From NCBI GenBank assembly GCA_964247055.1, contig OZ176057.1:2790001-2854000 (forward strand): a stretch of 64,000 bases of DNA. Direction: 5' to 3'. The notes under the pieces were generated by a model, which did not search any database, was not told the origin of the DNA, and worked only from the letters and a program-made list of their open reading frames with translations. This document shows positions 41,401 to 55,000 of this stretch, piece by piece (within the stretch, counting starts at the first letter, position 1; every line of letters begins with the position of its first letter). Source of the DNA: Paragordius varius. Taxonomy: Eukaryota; Animalia; Nematomorpha. Position numbers and translations under genes: made by a program.

Positions 41401-42003
41401 ATCTATCTCATGAAAAACACAGTGATAATAATAATATTATAGCCACTCCCTTTAATGGTCTTCTTATTGATGACAATATCAATAATGATACCAATCCATC
41501 CCCGGATATTTGTCAAGAATTCCACAATAATCAGCAAAGTCCCAACCGCGATAAAATTGCAGAACCCCCAAGCCTGGAAGTACCAGTCGAAAGACGCTAT
41601 CCTACCAGAAGCCTAAAAGCCCCTGACAGATACACAAATCACTTTTAAAATTAGATAGGAGATATGTTATGTTTAATAACTTATTGTTTTTGTTAACTTA
41701 ACTCAATTGACCTTTTTATAATAGTTAACTAATAAAAATATAATACTTTTCTCTTACCTTAGTGAATAATACATTTTTGTCCTTGTTACGCTAAATATGT
41801 ATATTATCTTGGTTGTGATTGCTTTCACCTAAATACTGTAATATTGAACCTTATGCAAATATGTATTGGTTGTGAAAGCTTTCATCTAAATATTGTAATA
41901 TTTAACCTTATGCAAAATATGCAACCTTGCTCTAAATATATATAATGTATATTTTATACACAAGATATTTTTATATATAATAAATTCTTTTAGCTTTTTA
42001 CAA
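38428..42003 (+). mobile_element. Second Gypsy element, 5'-truncated and degenerate (RT end, RH, IN, PPT, 3' LTR)
   Basis: LRSFL..LNF, TDHKP, HLDIAGP, VTDNASYF and HPRTNGLVER fragments, related to the first Gypsy. PPT-like AGATAGGAGA followed by TGTTAT at 41665. The LTR right end (~42003) is uncertain. Confidence 0.8.
40190..41424. mobile_element. Fully palindromic 1235-bp foldback element with CACTGTG...CACAGTG ends
   Basis: Left arm ~40190-40810 and right arm ~40835-41424 are reverse complements along their whole length, with scattered indels. Inserted in an (AAT)n tract. The flanks allow a 4-, 7- or 10-bp TSD but not a 5-bp TSD. Confidence 0.88.
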
Positions 42004-42009
42004 TATATT

Positions 42010-42700
42010 GTGAATTTTTCATTAGTTTGTTGACCAAATTACTCGAGATACAATCTATCCTTCAAACGATGGTGTGAGCCGATAGAATAAGACTTTTAAA
42101 TTTTTCTTAATATATTCAAGAACAAATTTCGTTAACGGATGTTAAAATGCATTTTTTAATTGCAATATAAATGGTTGGCTATTTTAAGCAGTTAATTGTG
42201 AAATATAGAAAGAAGTTCTGACCAATATTGAACTTTGTGTTCATCGCATTTTTTGAATGTTTTGTGATACTTTTTTCGTAAAAAATTAATTTTATCTTGT
42301 CTGGATTCTAAACTATATTTGTTCATTTTTATGATTAGTTTCGTATTGGCGTTAAATTCTCTGAACACACTCATTGATACTTTGCAAATTAAACAAAGCG
42401 AGTTTATAGATTTAGAAATTAAAAAATATTCAGATGTTTTCATTAAATTTGGGGTATTCTTTAATAATTTATATTTTCAATAATCTACAATTCATTTTTT
42501 AATACAATATAAATAATTAAACTAATAAAATCAAAAAGATCTCTAATAGTGAAACATGGTTGTCAATTTGAGCATGTTTATGTGCAAGCAGATGAATTTA
42601 TAAAAGTATCTGTTTAAATAAATAAATGCTAAATTCTCCGAAAAAGCTATTATTTATGGGCCGCTTTCAGCATGCTCACGGTTAAATTTTAATTTAATTT
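42010..42700 (-). pseudogene. hAT (Buster-like) transposase N-terminal relic
   Basis: ORF 42192-42443 (EYFL...CLICKVSMSVFREFN...RQDKI) resembles the zinc-finger N-terminus of this group. A GGGCCGC subterminal-like motif lies at ~42660. Limits approximate. Confidence 0.45.
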
Positions 42701-43769
42701 TGCAAATTTTTCTAAATGCTTTAGCGAGCCAAACTGAAGTGCAAATAGTATAATAATGTTTTAAATATGTAATATTATTTTATTACAAATATGTTGTATA
42801 CTTTTTTATCGTATTATGTTTAAACAAGAGAAGGTTTTGGATAATCAGTGGTTTTTTGCCTTATTTTATGGAACCTTTACCTCCATTAGGTTATTGAAGA
42901 CCTAATTATGTTTTGCATATCTCGTAATGATTAGGGTTAATATTATATTCTAGAATAAATATTTTTGCTTGGACAATATACTGATTGTGTAAATTTATGT
43001 GGCGGTAAAGCTTAAGGTATCTTGTAGTAATAAATTTTTACTTTTGACCTAACATATGCGATTATAACTTTTTTTTGATTCGGGGCAAATTAGATGGAAA
43101 TTTCATATCTTTTGCAGAAAATTATCAAGTATGAAGTTGTTTTACCCCTAATACTGAAACTGTTATTGATATAATAATGCAGAAATAGTTAGCTTTGAAT
43201 AAAAGAGAATACAAGAGTATTATTAGCCAAATTAAGAATTTATGTATTAATACAAACAATAATTTTGCCTATGTACGGTTTTATAAAACAACTTTTCTAC
43301 ATGGATTGTGGATTGTATCAGAAAACATATTTTAACCAGAACATTTTTCGGTTTGACTAGATTTAGCAGTGAAGAAGGTGAAAGATTTTAAAATGGAATC
43401 ATAATATTATTAAATTTATCATTTTATTAAATTTTTATTGGATTTAGATAAAAGTTTTTCTCTTTTATACTGCTCAATCGCGATATGTGAAATTTCCTGA
43501 ATATTCTGAAAGAATATATTAGGATTTTGCTGTTGTTTTGGGTCTTTACGAGTGATATAAAAAAATATTTAATTGGTGGTAAATGATTTATATTGAAAAA
43601 TCTTAAAAATTGCGCAGATTATACTTAATAAAATTTTTTTGGCAGATAAATGCAATCATTATATATTACAGTCATATATAGTTTATTTTATCAAAAATTT
43701 ACTTTTTTTCGTTAAATGGGTATTAATATTTGGTAAAGAATGGAAAAACCAAAGCTCTATGGTATTAAC

Positions 43770-44762
43770 TAGGGTTGTGCTGACCAATTCATGACTCGGT
43801 CAATTACCGGGTCATGACCATGTTCATTGTAAAAAACAGCTGATTTTTGAAAAATTCTAGTAAATTTTTTTTTGGAAGATAGATAGTAAGTTTTTATTGT
43901 TTTTTATTTTTTTAAAAAAATAAAAATTTAATATAATCCATATAAATTCAATTATACCGATCCATAAACACATACCATATATTCAATCTCAACCCCACCA
44001 ACAACGTCATCATAAACCGGTTACATTGGGCTGGATACATGTTGGAAGACGGCTAGATATCACATTAAAACTATGAAAAATTACTCGGTTGAACTACCAA
44101 AATGCGGCCGACCCCATACCACATGGCTCAACACAACAAAAGATCTCGAATCACATCTAAAATAGTTAAATCAAGAAAAGATTGGAAAAAACGGGTGTAC
44201 CGTTATTTAATGGCGAATCCCCATACAAATGAATGATAATTTAAATATGTTTATTTAACAATATATTAACAATCGTTAAACATACCCCCTTATAATATAA
44301 GAATTTAAGCATATCCAGTTATTTCCAAAAACAAAACAATCAAGCACTTGGCAAAATTTGCAATTAATCCATATATGTGAACCAATAAAATGAAAAAATT
44401 GAAGATTTTAATAAATAATGAAAGTGTAAAGCAAACCAGGTAAAATTTTATTTGAAATATCCATTAAAAGCTAATTTGAAGATTCAAAAGGCCAAAAACA
44501 AGTGGCAAAATTCATTTGAAAACAATTTCTTGCTTAAATTCGCTGTAAAATATTTGTAAATAATAAATATAAAAAAATGCATAATACAAACTTAAAAACA
44601 TGACATTCTCAGTGAAACAATGTAATTTGAAACATTATTTTGCAATATAATATCGCATGATACTTACTTAAGTGAAAAGTGGTCATGACCACTGTCATGA
44701 CCATGGTCTGACTGGGTCTGACCGGACTTTTTTAAAAAAAAATCAGTCAATGCACAACCCTA
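43770..44762. mobile_element. hAT MITE family B, copy 2 (inverted relative to copy 1)
   Basis: TIR TAGGGTTGTGC / GCACAACCCTA. Perfect TSD GTATTAAC (43762-43769, 44763-44770). Confidence 0.92.
43975..44235 (+). pseudogene. 3' fragment of an RTE-like LINE inside the MITE
   Basis: Translates to RLHWAGYML...PKCGRPHTTWL, like an RTE C-terminus. Absent from MITE copy 1. Confidence 0.6.
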
Positions 44763-45310
44763 GTATTAACCATATCATATTTATCAAAAAAGAAGTGTGG
44801 GGAAGGGCGTCGGATACCTTTGGAAAAAAATGAAAATACACTAACTACTAACCCTTCAATTAAAATTATTGTATAAAAGGGTTAGGAAAATCGTAATTTT
44901 TATCTCAATTATAATTTTTTTTGTTTAGATATAGGAACGATTTTAAAAGGGATATTCACAATAGATGCTCTATTAAATAATCAATTTGATCCTATTTCGT
45001 TAGGATGTAACCCTGGTATTGCGGGTATTTTTCCTCTATAATGTGAAATTCAGAATATGTTGACGCTGGTATAAGACACACACAAACTATTGTGCCTGGT
45101 AACGATGGTTTTTTTTATTTAGACTTTAGATGTTGATGAAATCAACGGGAATGAATTGATAGTAGAGACTTGTCCAGGTGTCCCTGATGGTTTTCGTTTA
45201 TAATATTCAGATTATTTTGACGAAGATATAAGACCCATAAATATTGTGCCTGGCAACGATGGTTTTTTTTCATTTAGACTTTAGGTGTTAATGAAATCGG
45301 GAATGAAAAT

Positions 45311-46290
45311 ATGACAAATTCATTAAACGGTAGAGGAAAAAGGAAAAGTACCGTTTTTGTTAGTTTTAGAATATCATTTTTGGTTAGATGAAAAAAAGGC
45401 TAAGGCCTACAAAATTTTCAGGAATCCCAGAAATCACGAATTACCGTCTTGTAATTTTGTAAATGATTTAGATATGGCTATAAGTTCCATAAATGCTATA
45501 AGACGAAGCATGGCTCTGGGAATAGAGAAAGAGCCATTGAAATAGGGTAAGAAAAAATCTGATGAAGGTCTGGTCAGGCAGATCAAAACAATCCTCGATA
45601 GTGATTGTGAATTGAATGTCGATGAGATTCTCAAATTACCAACAGAATGCAAAATATCCAAAAAAACCTTATATAAAATATTTAAAATAATAAACTACAA
45701 GCGCAAAAGGTGTATTATGAACCTCAACAGCGCAATTCCTCGCTGGTTATTCAAAAACGATTTGAGTATGCCTGTCTTTGAACGGCATACCCTAGGACAA
45801 AATATATTATTTAGATGAGTCTGGGTTTTCATTAATAGCAAAAAATATATTCAGTAGGGCACCGTCAGGACAGGCACCTATCGGAGAGGGCTTTAACAAA
45901 GGTATATCTTTATTTTATTATAGGTAAAAACGTCTCTTTGTAGTGTATGATTGGCATACAGGGTGTTGTTAATTATAGCATCAAACAGGGAGTGTTCAAT
46001 GGCGAGATTTTTAAGCCATTTTGGGGGGAGTTTTTACTCATGTTGCCACAAGCGTTTGTCATTTGCGACAACGCACCCATTCATAAATGTTTTATTTTGG
46101 CCAATTTAAGAAACAAGCTTATATATTTACCGCCTTATTCGATCCAACCTAATCCTTTTAAATGTTTTTTTCACTAATTAAAATTTTAATGAAAAAACCA
46201 AGATGCACTACATCCTGGGAACAATATGCAGAATCAAAAGATTGTGCGGCGAATAAAAAACAAAATCTCTTCAAAATTGTTATGATTTAT
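45311..46290 (+). pseudogene. Tc1/IS630-family DDE transposase, multiply frameshifted
   Basis: HTH-like ISKKTLYKIFKIINYKRK, (L)DESGF, CDNAPIHK and LPPYSIQPNP motifs. Confidence 0.8.
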
Positions 46291-46908
46291 CAAAAAGAGT
46301 TTTTAATTGATGTTGCTTTAAACTAAGGTTGGAGAATGAAAACAATTTTACCCATCATTTATTGTAAGTATCAAAGACGATTTCGTTTTTCTTTGATCGC
46401 TCAGTACGATATGAAAATAATTTCCAGATATATCTTGCTTTTTTAAAACAATTTTTATGGGAAAAAAACATTAGGGTTAATAGTGGTAAACTGGTATATT
46501 CGTGTGATTATATTTTAAATTTCCCAAAATAGAGCATTTCAGAATGAAACGCATTGAGTTCAATAATATTTTTTTTGAACGCTATATAATCAATATTCAT
46601 TCCCTATGTTTTCCTTTGTATATACACAATGGATTACATCCTTATATTTTGTCCGTTATAATGTTTGTTTTAATTATTGTGATATCTTCTTAAATGAATT
46701 TTAATAAATATTTTTTTACCTATATATAAAAATTAATATTTAGGTGGTTTTTGTTTAAAATAAAAATTTTCGGAAAAAAAATTATAAAATTTTGCTAAAA
46801 AATTAACATAAATATTACCATTCCCCTTTAATAATATTTTAAGATTTTTTTTTTACCAAAGATTTCCGACGCCCTTCCTCCACACTTCTTTTACTTTTAT
46901 AAAGAATA

Positions 46909-49399
46909 CAAGCGTAAATCTTGTGCTGCTACGCAGCCCGAGGCAGTCCTTCGGACTTCTGGGGGGAGGAATTTTTGATTTTATAAGCAATTTTGTTATG
47001 CGGCACGAAGTTTTAAAATGATTCACATAGTCTCATAGGTTATCTGAAAATTGGCTCCAAAGGCATGCTGCATCGATATGATGGCACAGTAGGCGGGTAG
47101 CCCCCTACCCAGAGGCCAATATAAAAATATAAATTTGCCTTTTACCTGGAATCATTCATTCCTAATAGTTTATGGAAGAATGGCCTAAATAAATATTAGA
47201 TCAATGATAGCGCATTTTTTAGAGAGTAAAGAGCCTATTTAACGGCTAATTCAAAAAATCCGCTCGACTAAAATTTTTGACTTTTTACGGGCAATACCTT
47301 AAGCAGCTATTGAACTCATATGGCCTAATAGGTTTTCTGAAATTTAGCCCCAGAAGCACGCGATTTCGATATGACGGGTCAGTTTTTAGCGGGTAGCTCC
47401 TTACCCCGCAACTATCATCAAAGAAATGTTTGACTAAAATTTTTGCCTTTTAACATGGAATACGTAGAATCGTTATTGAAACGGTCTCATATCTTTGGCG
47501 AAAAATAGATTCAAAAAATTATTTTTGTGGACTTTGTTTTTTGAAAAAATGGCATTTGCGGGGGGAGCGGGTAAAAAGAGAACCTAAATTAAAAAAATGA
47601 GACGACTATGTTCGGCGCATCGAAAATAAGTATACAAAAATCATATTTGAAATTGAATGGTCCAACACGTTCTCCGCAAAATTGTCTTAAAGACACAATT
47701 TTGTAGACTTCTGTTTTAAAAAAAGGCGTTTTTTACACGGGGTGGGCCCGAACCGGTGGCCTATTTTAAAAAAAGGGCGAAGCTATTGTCGAGGCATTCA
47801 TCAATGATTATATTTTTTCGATATTTATTGAAAAGGTCTACCGGTTTTCCGGTACCAGATCACAAAGCTACATGATGGATCAGTTTTTAGCGGGTAGCTC
47901 CTTACCCCGCAACTATCATCAAAGAAATGCTTGACTAAAATTTTTGCCTTTTAACATGGAATACGTAGTATCGTTATTGAAACGGTCTCATATCTTTGGC
48001 GAAAAATAGATTCAAAAAATTATTTTTGTGGACTTTGTTTTTTGAAAAAAATGGCATTTTACGGGGGCAGCGGGTAAAAAGAGGGCCTAAATTAAAAAAG
48101 CGAGACGACTATGTTTGGCGCAATCGAAAATAAGTAAACAAAAATCATATTTGAAATTGAATGGTCTAACACGTTCTCCGCAAAATTGTCTTAAAGACAC
48201 AAATTTTGTGGACTTCTGTTTTAAAAAAAGGCGTTTTTTACATGGGGTGGGCCCGAACCGGGGGCCTATTTTAAAAAAAGGGCGAAGCTATTGTCGAGGC
48301 ATTCATTAATGATTATATTTTTTCGATATTTGGATTTGAAAAAGTCTACCGGTTTTCCGGTAAAAGATCACAAAATTACATGATGGATCAGTTTTTAGCG
48401 GGTAGCTCCTTACCCAGCAGCTATCATCAAAGAAATGCTTGACTAATATTTTTGCCTTTTAACAGGGAATACGTAAAATCGTTATTGAAACGGTCTCATA
48501 TCTTTGGCGAAAAATAGATTCAAAAAATTATTTTTGTGGACTTTGTTTTTTGAAAAAAATGGCATTTTACGGGGGCAGCGGGTAAAAAGAGGGCCTAAAT
48601 TAAAAAAGCGAGACGACTAAGTTTGGCGCAATCGAAAATAAGTAAACAAAAATCATATTTAAAATTAAATGGTCCAACACGTTCTCCGCAAAATTGTCTC
48701 AAAGATACAAATTTTGTGGACTTCTGTTTTAAAGAAAAGCGTTTTATAACGGGGTGGGCCTGAACCGGGGGGCTATTTTAGAAAAAGGGCGAAGCTATTG
48801 TCGGGGCATTCATCAATGATTATATTTTTTCGATATTTATTGAAAAGGTCTACCGGTTTTCCGGTACCAGATCACAAAGCTACATGATGGATCAGTTTTT
48901 AGCGGGTAGCTCCTTACCCCGCAACTATCATCAAAGAAATGCTTGACTAAAATTTTTGCCTTTTAACATGGAATACGTAGAATCGTTATTGAAACGGTCT
49001 CATATCTTTGGCGAAAAATAGATTCAAAAAATTATTTTTGTGGACTTTGTTTTTTGAAAAAAATGGCATTTAACGGGGGCAGCGGGTAAAAAGAGGGCCT
49101 AAATTAAAAAAGCGAGACGACTATGTTTGGCGCAATCGAAAATAAATAAACAAAAATCATATTTGAAATTGAATGGTCTAACACGTTCTCCGCAAAATTG
49201 TCTTAAAGACACAAATTTTGTGGACTTCTGTTTAAAAAAAAAGGCGTTTTTTACACGGGGTGGGCCCGAACCGGGGGCCTATTTCGAAAAAGGGCGAAGC
49301 TATTGTCGGACATTTATTAATGATTATATTTTTTCGATGTTTGGATTTGAATGGGTCCACCGGTTTTCCGGAAACAGATCATTTTTATCAATATATAGA
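46909..49399 (-). mobile_element. Non-autonomous Helitron with a tandemly amplified 5' region
   Basis: 5' A|TCTATATATTG at 49399. 3' double hairpin plus CTTG|T at 46909. Inserted at an AT dinucleotide of the Tc1 TIR without a TSD. Confidence 0.88.
47370..49399. repeat. Tandem array, ~505 bp x4
   Basis: Unit starts at ~47370, 47871, 48379 and 48883 (CATGATGGATCAGTTTTTAGCGGGTAGCTCC). Confidence 0.95.
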
Positions 49400-50396
49400 T
49401 GATATGGTTAATACCATAGAGCTTTTGTTTTTTCATTCTTTAGCAAATATTCATACCCATTCAACGAAAAAAAGTAAATTTTTGATAAAATAAAATATAC
49501 ATGACTGTAACATACATTAAAATGCATACTGTAACTTTATGTGTAAAGATAAAATAAAAATTACTTTTCAAAAATATATATAACAATAAATTTATAATAT
49601 TGTCAAGATAATTTCCTAAAAAAACTTCAGGGACCGCACCGCTTAATATTAACAAAGCATTTAAAAAATTTTATTGAATAAATGTCAAATTATAAAAAAA
49701 TCCTTACCTCAAACTTTTGACGCCATTTTTTTTTTTAAATCGCTAATGCATGAAAATAAATGTATATTATAGTTAAAAAAGGCAAATAATTAGTAAAAAG
49801 CTTTCAGGCTTCATTTTACTGGCAAAAATTGATATATTTTTGATTTTAATATCAGCTGTTCGTTTCAATCGCGTTTTTGAGCTGTACCAATTTTAGACTC
49901 TAGAAGTCACAAAATTGTAAAAAATATAGGCATTTTTATTAAATACATGACAATGTTAGATAAATCATTTTAACTAAAATCACTTTCAAAACTGAAGTTT
50001 ATTCACAAAATTGAGGTCTGGGATATAAAATTATCCCAAAAGTAAACTAGGACAAAAAAGTGAAAAGGTAATTTTTATAATGACGTCCCTAATTAATAAT
50101 CACTATAATCAAGAGGAATTATATGAATGAAATTTTAACTTTAGCATCCGATATTTTCCAAAAATATTCATTAAATTGGTACAAAAATAATTTTAAATGA
50201 AACTTTGTGGCAAAACTATATGAATCAAATATTTTAGCATATATTATAATTATCTTTGATGAGAGTGTATATATTTATTTGGAAATTTTTGGCGGTTGTT
50301 TTTAGATATGAATTCAAAAATTTAAGTCCAATCGGGTTATAGTTTTTAAAAAATTGCGTTTGATTGATTTCATCATATTTGAAATTTTAATTTGCA

Positions 50397-50540
50397 GGCG
50401 GGATGGTATAGTAGGTAGAGCGCTCGACTCTTACACTGCGTGTCAGAATTATAACACATAAACTAAAATCATCACAGTTAGCCCTGGGCAGGCGAGTGTT
50501 AAAGCCTTCACATGTCCGGATATAAAAAAAGGAAAAAAGA
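50397..50540 (+). mobile_element. tRNA-derived SINE-like remnant
   Basis: tRNA-like head GGCGGGATGGTATAGTAGGTAGAGCGCTCG (A-box-like), no clear B box, A-rich tail. A second 3' copy lies at 5021-5075. Confidence 0.5.
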
Positions 50541-51440
50541 TACTCAAAACTGAGTAGAAACCAAGGCTAATTTTATAATCATTGCTGCTAAAATATAACT
50601 TTTGAACTTAATTTTTTTCGCCTTGTTTATATTTTAATTTTGTTTTTACGTTTGACAAAAATTACTTGTAGTAATCGAATATTTATGCTTTTTTTTAATT
50701 ATAAATCCAATATTTTTTAGTCATTACATGTTGTTTAATGGTTATGAAGGGGTTTTAGAGTGTAAAACAACTTTATCTGTGGCCGGCGAAAAATTTTTAA
50801 ATCCAAAATTTGCGAAAATTAATCACAAAATCTTAGTAATTAAAACAAATTTTGTGAGCAAGTCTATTTAGTTGGCAACAAAATAACAAAAATGTTCTAT
50901 TATGTTTGCATTTTAGAGTTTTCATATAAAATTCAATCAAACATATATTAATGCTCATATATATTTGAAATGTGACCTGTCAGATTTTTTGAGAAATACG
51001 GTCCGCGCATTTGTGTACTAAAATTTAAAAAAAAAGGACTACCGAATATTTATATTTTTTGTATTATATTGATTGCACTCGGTGGAAAACTACTACAAAA
51101 TGTAAAAATGTTTTAAAGTTACAGTATTTTTATATAGTGGCGTATTTTGCAGAAACACTCTTCAAAGAAATTAATGTATAAACAGAGTAATTGACGAAAT
51201 TTTCCCTTTATACAGGACCAAAAATTAAATCTATTAGCCTTAAGATTTTCCACAAGCCTGTTTGAAAGTGCACCCTTATACAATTCAAAGTAACCCTAAA
51301 AATAAATTATGTTTTTTCGGGCTAATATATTATTAATATGAAAATATCTTAATGGCATAGTTTATTCTTTTCAATTTTATTTTTCAAAAATATAAAAAAA
51401 TATAAATAATTTTTAATGTTAAAAAAAACACTTAATTTAT

Positions 51441-51513
51441 TTTAGGGTAAATTTGAATAGCTCGAGGGTGAATTTGAATTGTTTAAGGGTTAATTTGTAT
51501 TGTTTGAGGGTTA
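51441..51513. repeat. 21-bp minisatellite x~3.3
   Basis: AGGGTNAATTTG... units. Confidence 0.7.
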
Positions 51514-52097
51514 TGGTATATATTTTAATTACCATGAAAATTTATTTGCTTACAATCATAGATAATTTAAGAAGGAAAATCTTTGGGGTCAGGGTTCATT
51601 CACAACAATACTTAAACATCATCCATAAAAATATTTATTATCAGCAAATAAACCTTTAAATAAAATTTGCTTGCTAGGAAAAAAATTTATTTTTTGTAAA
51701 CCAGGGCATATGTCATAAATTATTACAGTTTTTAATTAGCCGTGTCAAGACCATGATCATTATAACATATTAAATAAAATTTTTACGACAAATTAAAAAT
51801 ATAATTTGGTTATAGTAATAAACCCCATTAAATATATTTTATTCATATAGATGAATAACTTTAAAAAATGTATGGATGATTTAAATGGGCCATCCAAAAA
51901 AACTAAAAACCAAAAATCTAAAAGGAAAAAGTCAATTATATAATCATTAAATCTATTTCACAATTTTTTTTCAACGTAACGTCAAAATCTGTAAATACAA
52001 ACATTTTTTGCCAAGAGTTTGTGTATTAAATTATAAGCCCTTTTCACTACTTACTTCTTGAAAATATTGGAATATAATTTAATTGATTTTCTCATTT

Positions 52098-55000
52098 ATG
52101 CGTATCTTCACACTTTTTTGTTTTGTGATTATCGGGTTAACTATTATTGTGAAAACAGATGCAGGCTCGTCAGGTAATCTCCAAATATAAATATATACAT
52201 ATATAAATATATATATGAATTTAATAAATCATGTGTACTGTAATTCATATTTTAACGCTGAGTTTTGAGAACCGGTTCCCGCAAAAAGATATATAAAATA
52301 TTTTGATTAAAAAGAAATGGCATCGACCAAAATTAAAGTTGGAAAACCACAAAATACTACGGTAAAGATTGAAATTATACGGACAAAACGTAAAAATATA
52401 AAGACAATTATCTTTTTTAGTATAAAATAAATCACAATTAATTATGCTTACAATTGTAATTTAATGATATTTATAGGATAAATTAAGGTTTACAAAAGTA
52501 TGGTTGACTATTTAAAAAAATAAATGTTATCTTTATATTTTTCCGTTTTGTCCGTGATATTATTTCAATTTTTACGGTAAAAAATTGACAAAAAAATAAT
52601 TAATAATACATTTTAGTGTCATTTATCAAAAATCAAGGCTAATATACAGTATGAGTAAGTATACGTTGCCAGAAAGATATTGATTATTGCCAAATAGTAA
52701 ATGCAACAAAAGGCAGCATTATTGGCTAATAATAGTCAAAAAGTGAAAAAAAACTATAAGCCAATAATACTTCCCTTGTTTGTATTATTTGGCAATAATT
52801 AAAAACTTTCTAGCAATGTATACTTACCCATACTGTATCTTTTAGAATCTAAGGGTCAGAATGTCAAAATTTTAAACCTTAACCATAACCGTTAAGAGAA
52901 TAAATTAATGTAAATATATTTATGGTTTATAAATTTTATTTATTTATTTATATATATATATACGTTAAAATGCTCCAAATTTTAATTACAATATAGCCAA
53001 ATGCAAAACTACCAAAGGTAAGTTTATTTTATTATTTTTTCAGTTTATTTTATGTTAAATTTATTTTATTTTTATTTTATAAATGAAAGCTCCATGCAAA
53101 CCACCCAATTGCTATTTAATTTGTCCTAATGGATACGTACAAACTGCCAAAGGTCCAATATGCCGGTGTAATGGTAATTTGAACAAATTTTCTAAAAAGT
53201 GAATATATATATAGGAGAAAAAAATGACTTTTTAACTTCGAAAAAGTAACGATGCCTGGATAAATATCATTAAAAAATGAAAATGGATTGTTCAGATTTA
53301 TTTAGATATTTTTCAAATGATTCACTTTGGACACATGACTTATTTTAGATTATTTAATTCCAATTAAATATATATTAAGGCATTTTTTATAAAAAATTGT
53401 AAAATTATTTTAAAGCTCTCTTTTCAGTTAAATGCCTTCGTTTCCTTCATTGAAAAGTTAAAACTAATATATTTTTCAGACCAAAACGACTAATATTAAA
53501 AAAACTACTATTCACCAAATCGTATCAGCCATATCCTAATATCCATTTTGCGATTTTGGTTGAGAATCGAATTAAAATACTACACCTCTAAAATTTTATC
53601 TCTATTATAATCCATATATATATATATATATATAAATATAGCTTTTTCCATTATGTATTATCGACTATCCCAGACATGTTTCTTTTTTTGACAAAATTTA
53701 ATTTTTTTGATTAAAGATATCAATTATTAGCAAATATGTATTACAAAACTTTGATTCGAATTGGGGCATCTATAGGGTGACCAGATTATTTAAAGGAAAA
53801 AGCGGAACAAATCTGAGAAAGGGGGGGGGGGTACAACCAAAAATTTTTTATACAAATAATAATTTATTGTAATAATTTATTTTTAACACAAATACATTAT
53901 AATTATAATATATTTTATTCTTTGGTATATTTTTTATTTGAGTGAATGCATTTTAGCAGATTGCCATCATTTTTTAAAAATTTTGTATTCGTAAGAATTT
54001 GTCAAATTATATTTGACAGATAAAATGGCCTATAAAGTTTCAACGTTAAAACTTGATTTTCCAATGTCCACACCCTGATTTACAGTGGAAAAAACGCGCT
54101 TAATAGCAGCGTTGTTTTCAAGTAAAGATAGTGCAAATTCCACCCACAATTTTTAAAATATTATTGTATGGTACATAGTTAACTTCATGATGAAATATTT
54201 CTAACCATTTCTTTTCTACTGTATTTTTTTTCTGTTGTCCATAATTTAAGTTTTTCATTATTATTATATTTTTTAACTAATGATACTTTAAAAAAACATC
54301 ATTTTTCGAAGGATTACTTTTTGGGAATTTTCGGGAGATTCAGATGTAATCAAATGATTGAACATCGCACCAATTAAATTCTGGTTTTAATGTTATCCAA
54401 TGAAAATAATCAATTTCATTGAATTGCATCGTCCAGTCTTCCAAATAATTTTTATAGTTTGTGGAAAACATTTTTATATGATACAGAATATCTTGGCGAT
54501 TTATTAAGCCTTGTTTTTCTAAATTATTTATAATATTGCGGATGGTTAATGGTATAAAATTATTTGATAATCTTTCTAGATATTGGAATTTTCAGTTACT
54601 AAATTCATTGGCTACTTCGATTGCCGAAATTTTGTCACTTTCTATCAATTTAATAACATTTTAAAGAGAGAAGCATGATTATGTAGGAATACTAACCATA
54701 TTTTTAAATAATTACTTTTAAACTTTTCCAATGAGACATTTGTCCTGTCAAAATAATATTTTAAAGGATCATACAATTTAAAATTCTTTCGATAGCTGGC
54801 AGAAGAGCTAACCAACGAGTTTCACAATATCCAAGCATTTTTTGATATTGAACTTCTGCATTTTCACAGAATTCCTTAAGCGTTTCAACGCGTACCGTGT
54901 TTATATATAGAAATATATTTTAACAACTACATTTTCCACATCCAGGGGTAACAAATCAGCTGGACACCCAACGCCAATAATGTTTTAAGTTGTCTTTTAA

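Larger units (their letters stand above)
43645..49531 (+). mobile_element. Tc1/IS630-like transposon with ~200-bp TIRs, each TIR interrupted by a younger insertion
   Basis: Left TIR is ~43645-43769 + 44763-44830 and right TIR is ~46850-46908 + 49400-49531; these are reverse complements. Right end CATACTG|TA. Confidence 0.75.

Noticed and set aside
40190-41424. CACAGTG termini identical to the V(D)J RSS heptamer, suggesting a RAG/Transib element
   Set aside because: No nonamer at 12/23 spacing, no transposase, and the flanks do not fit a 5-bp TSD.
47370-49399. Regular repeats that might be a CRISPR-like array
   Set aside because: The units are ~505-bp whole-unit duplicates with no unique spacers, in a eukaryotic context with no cas genes.
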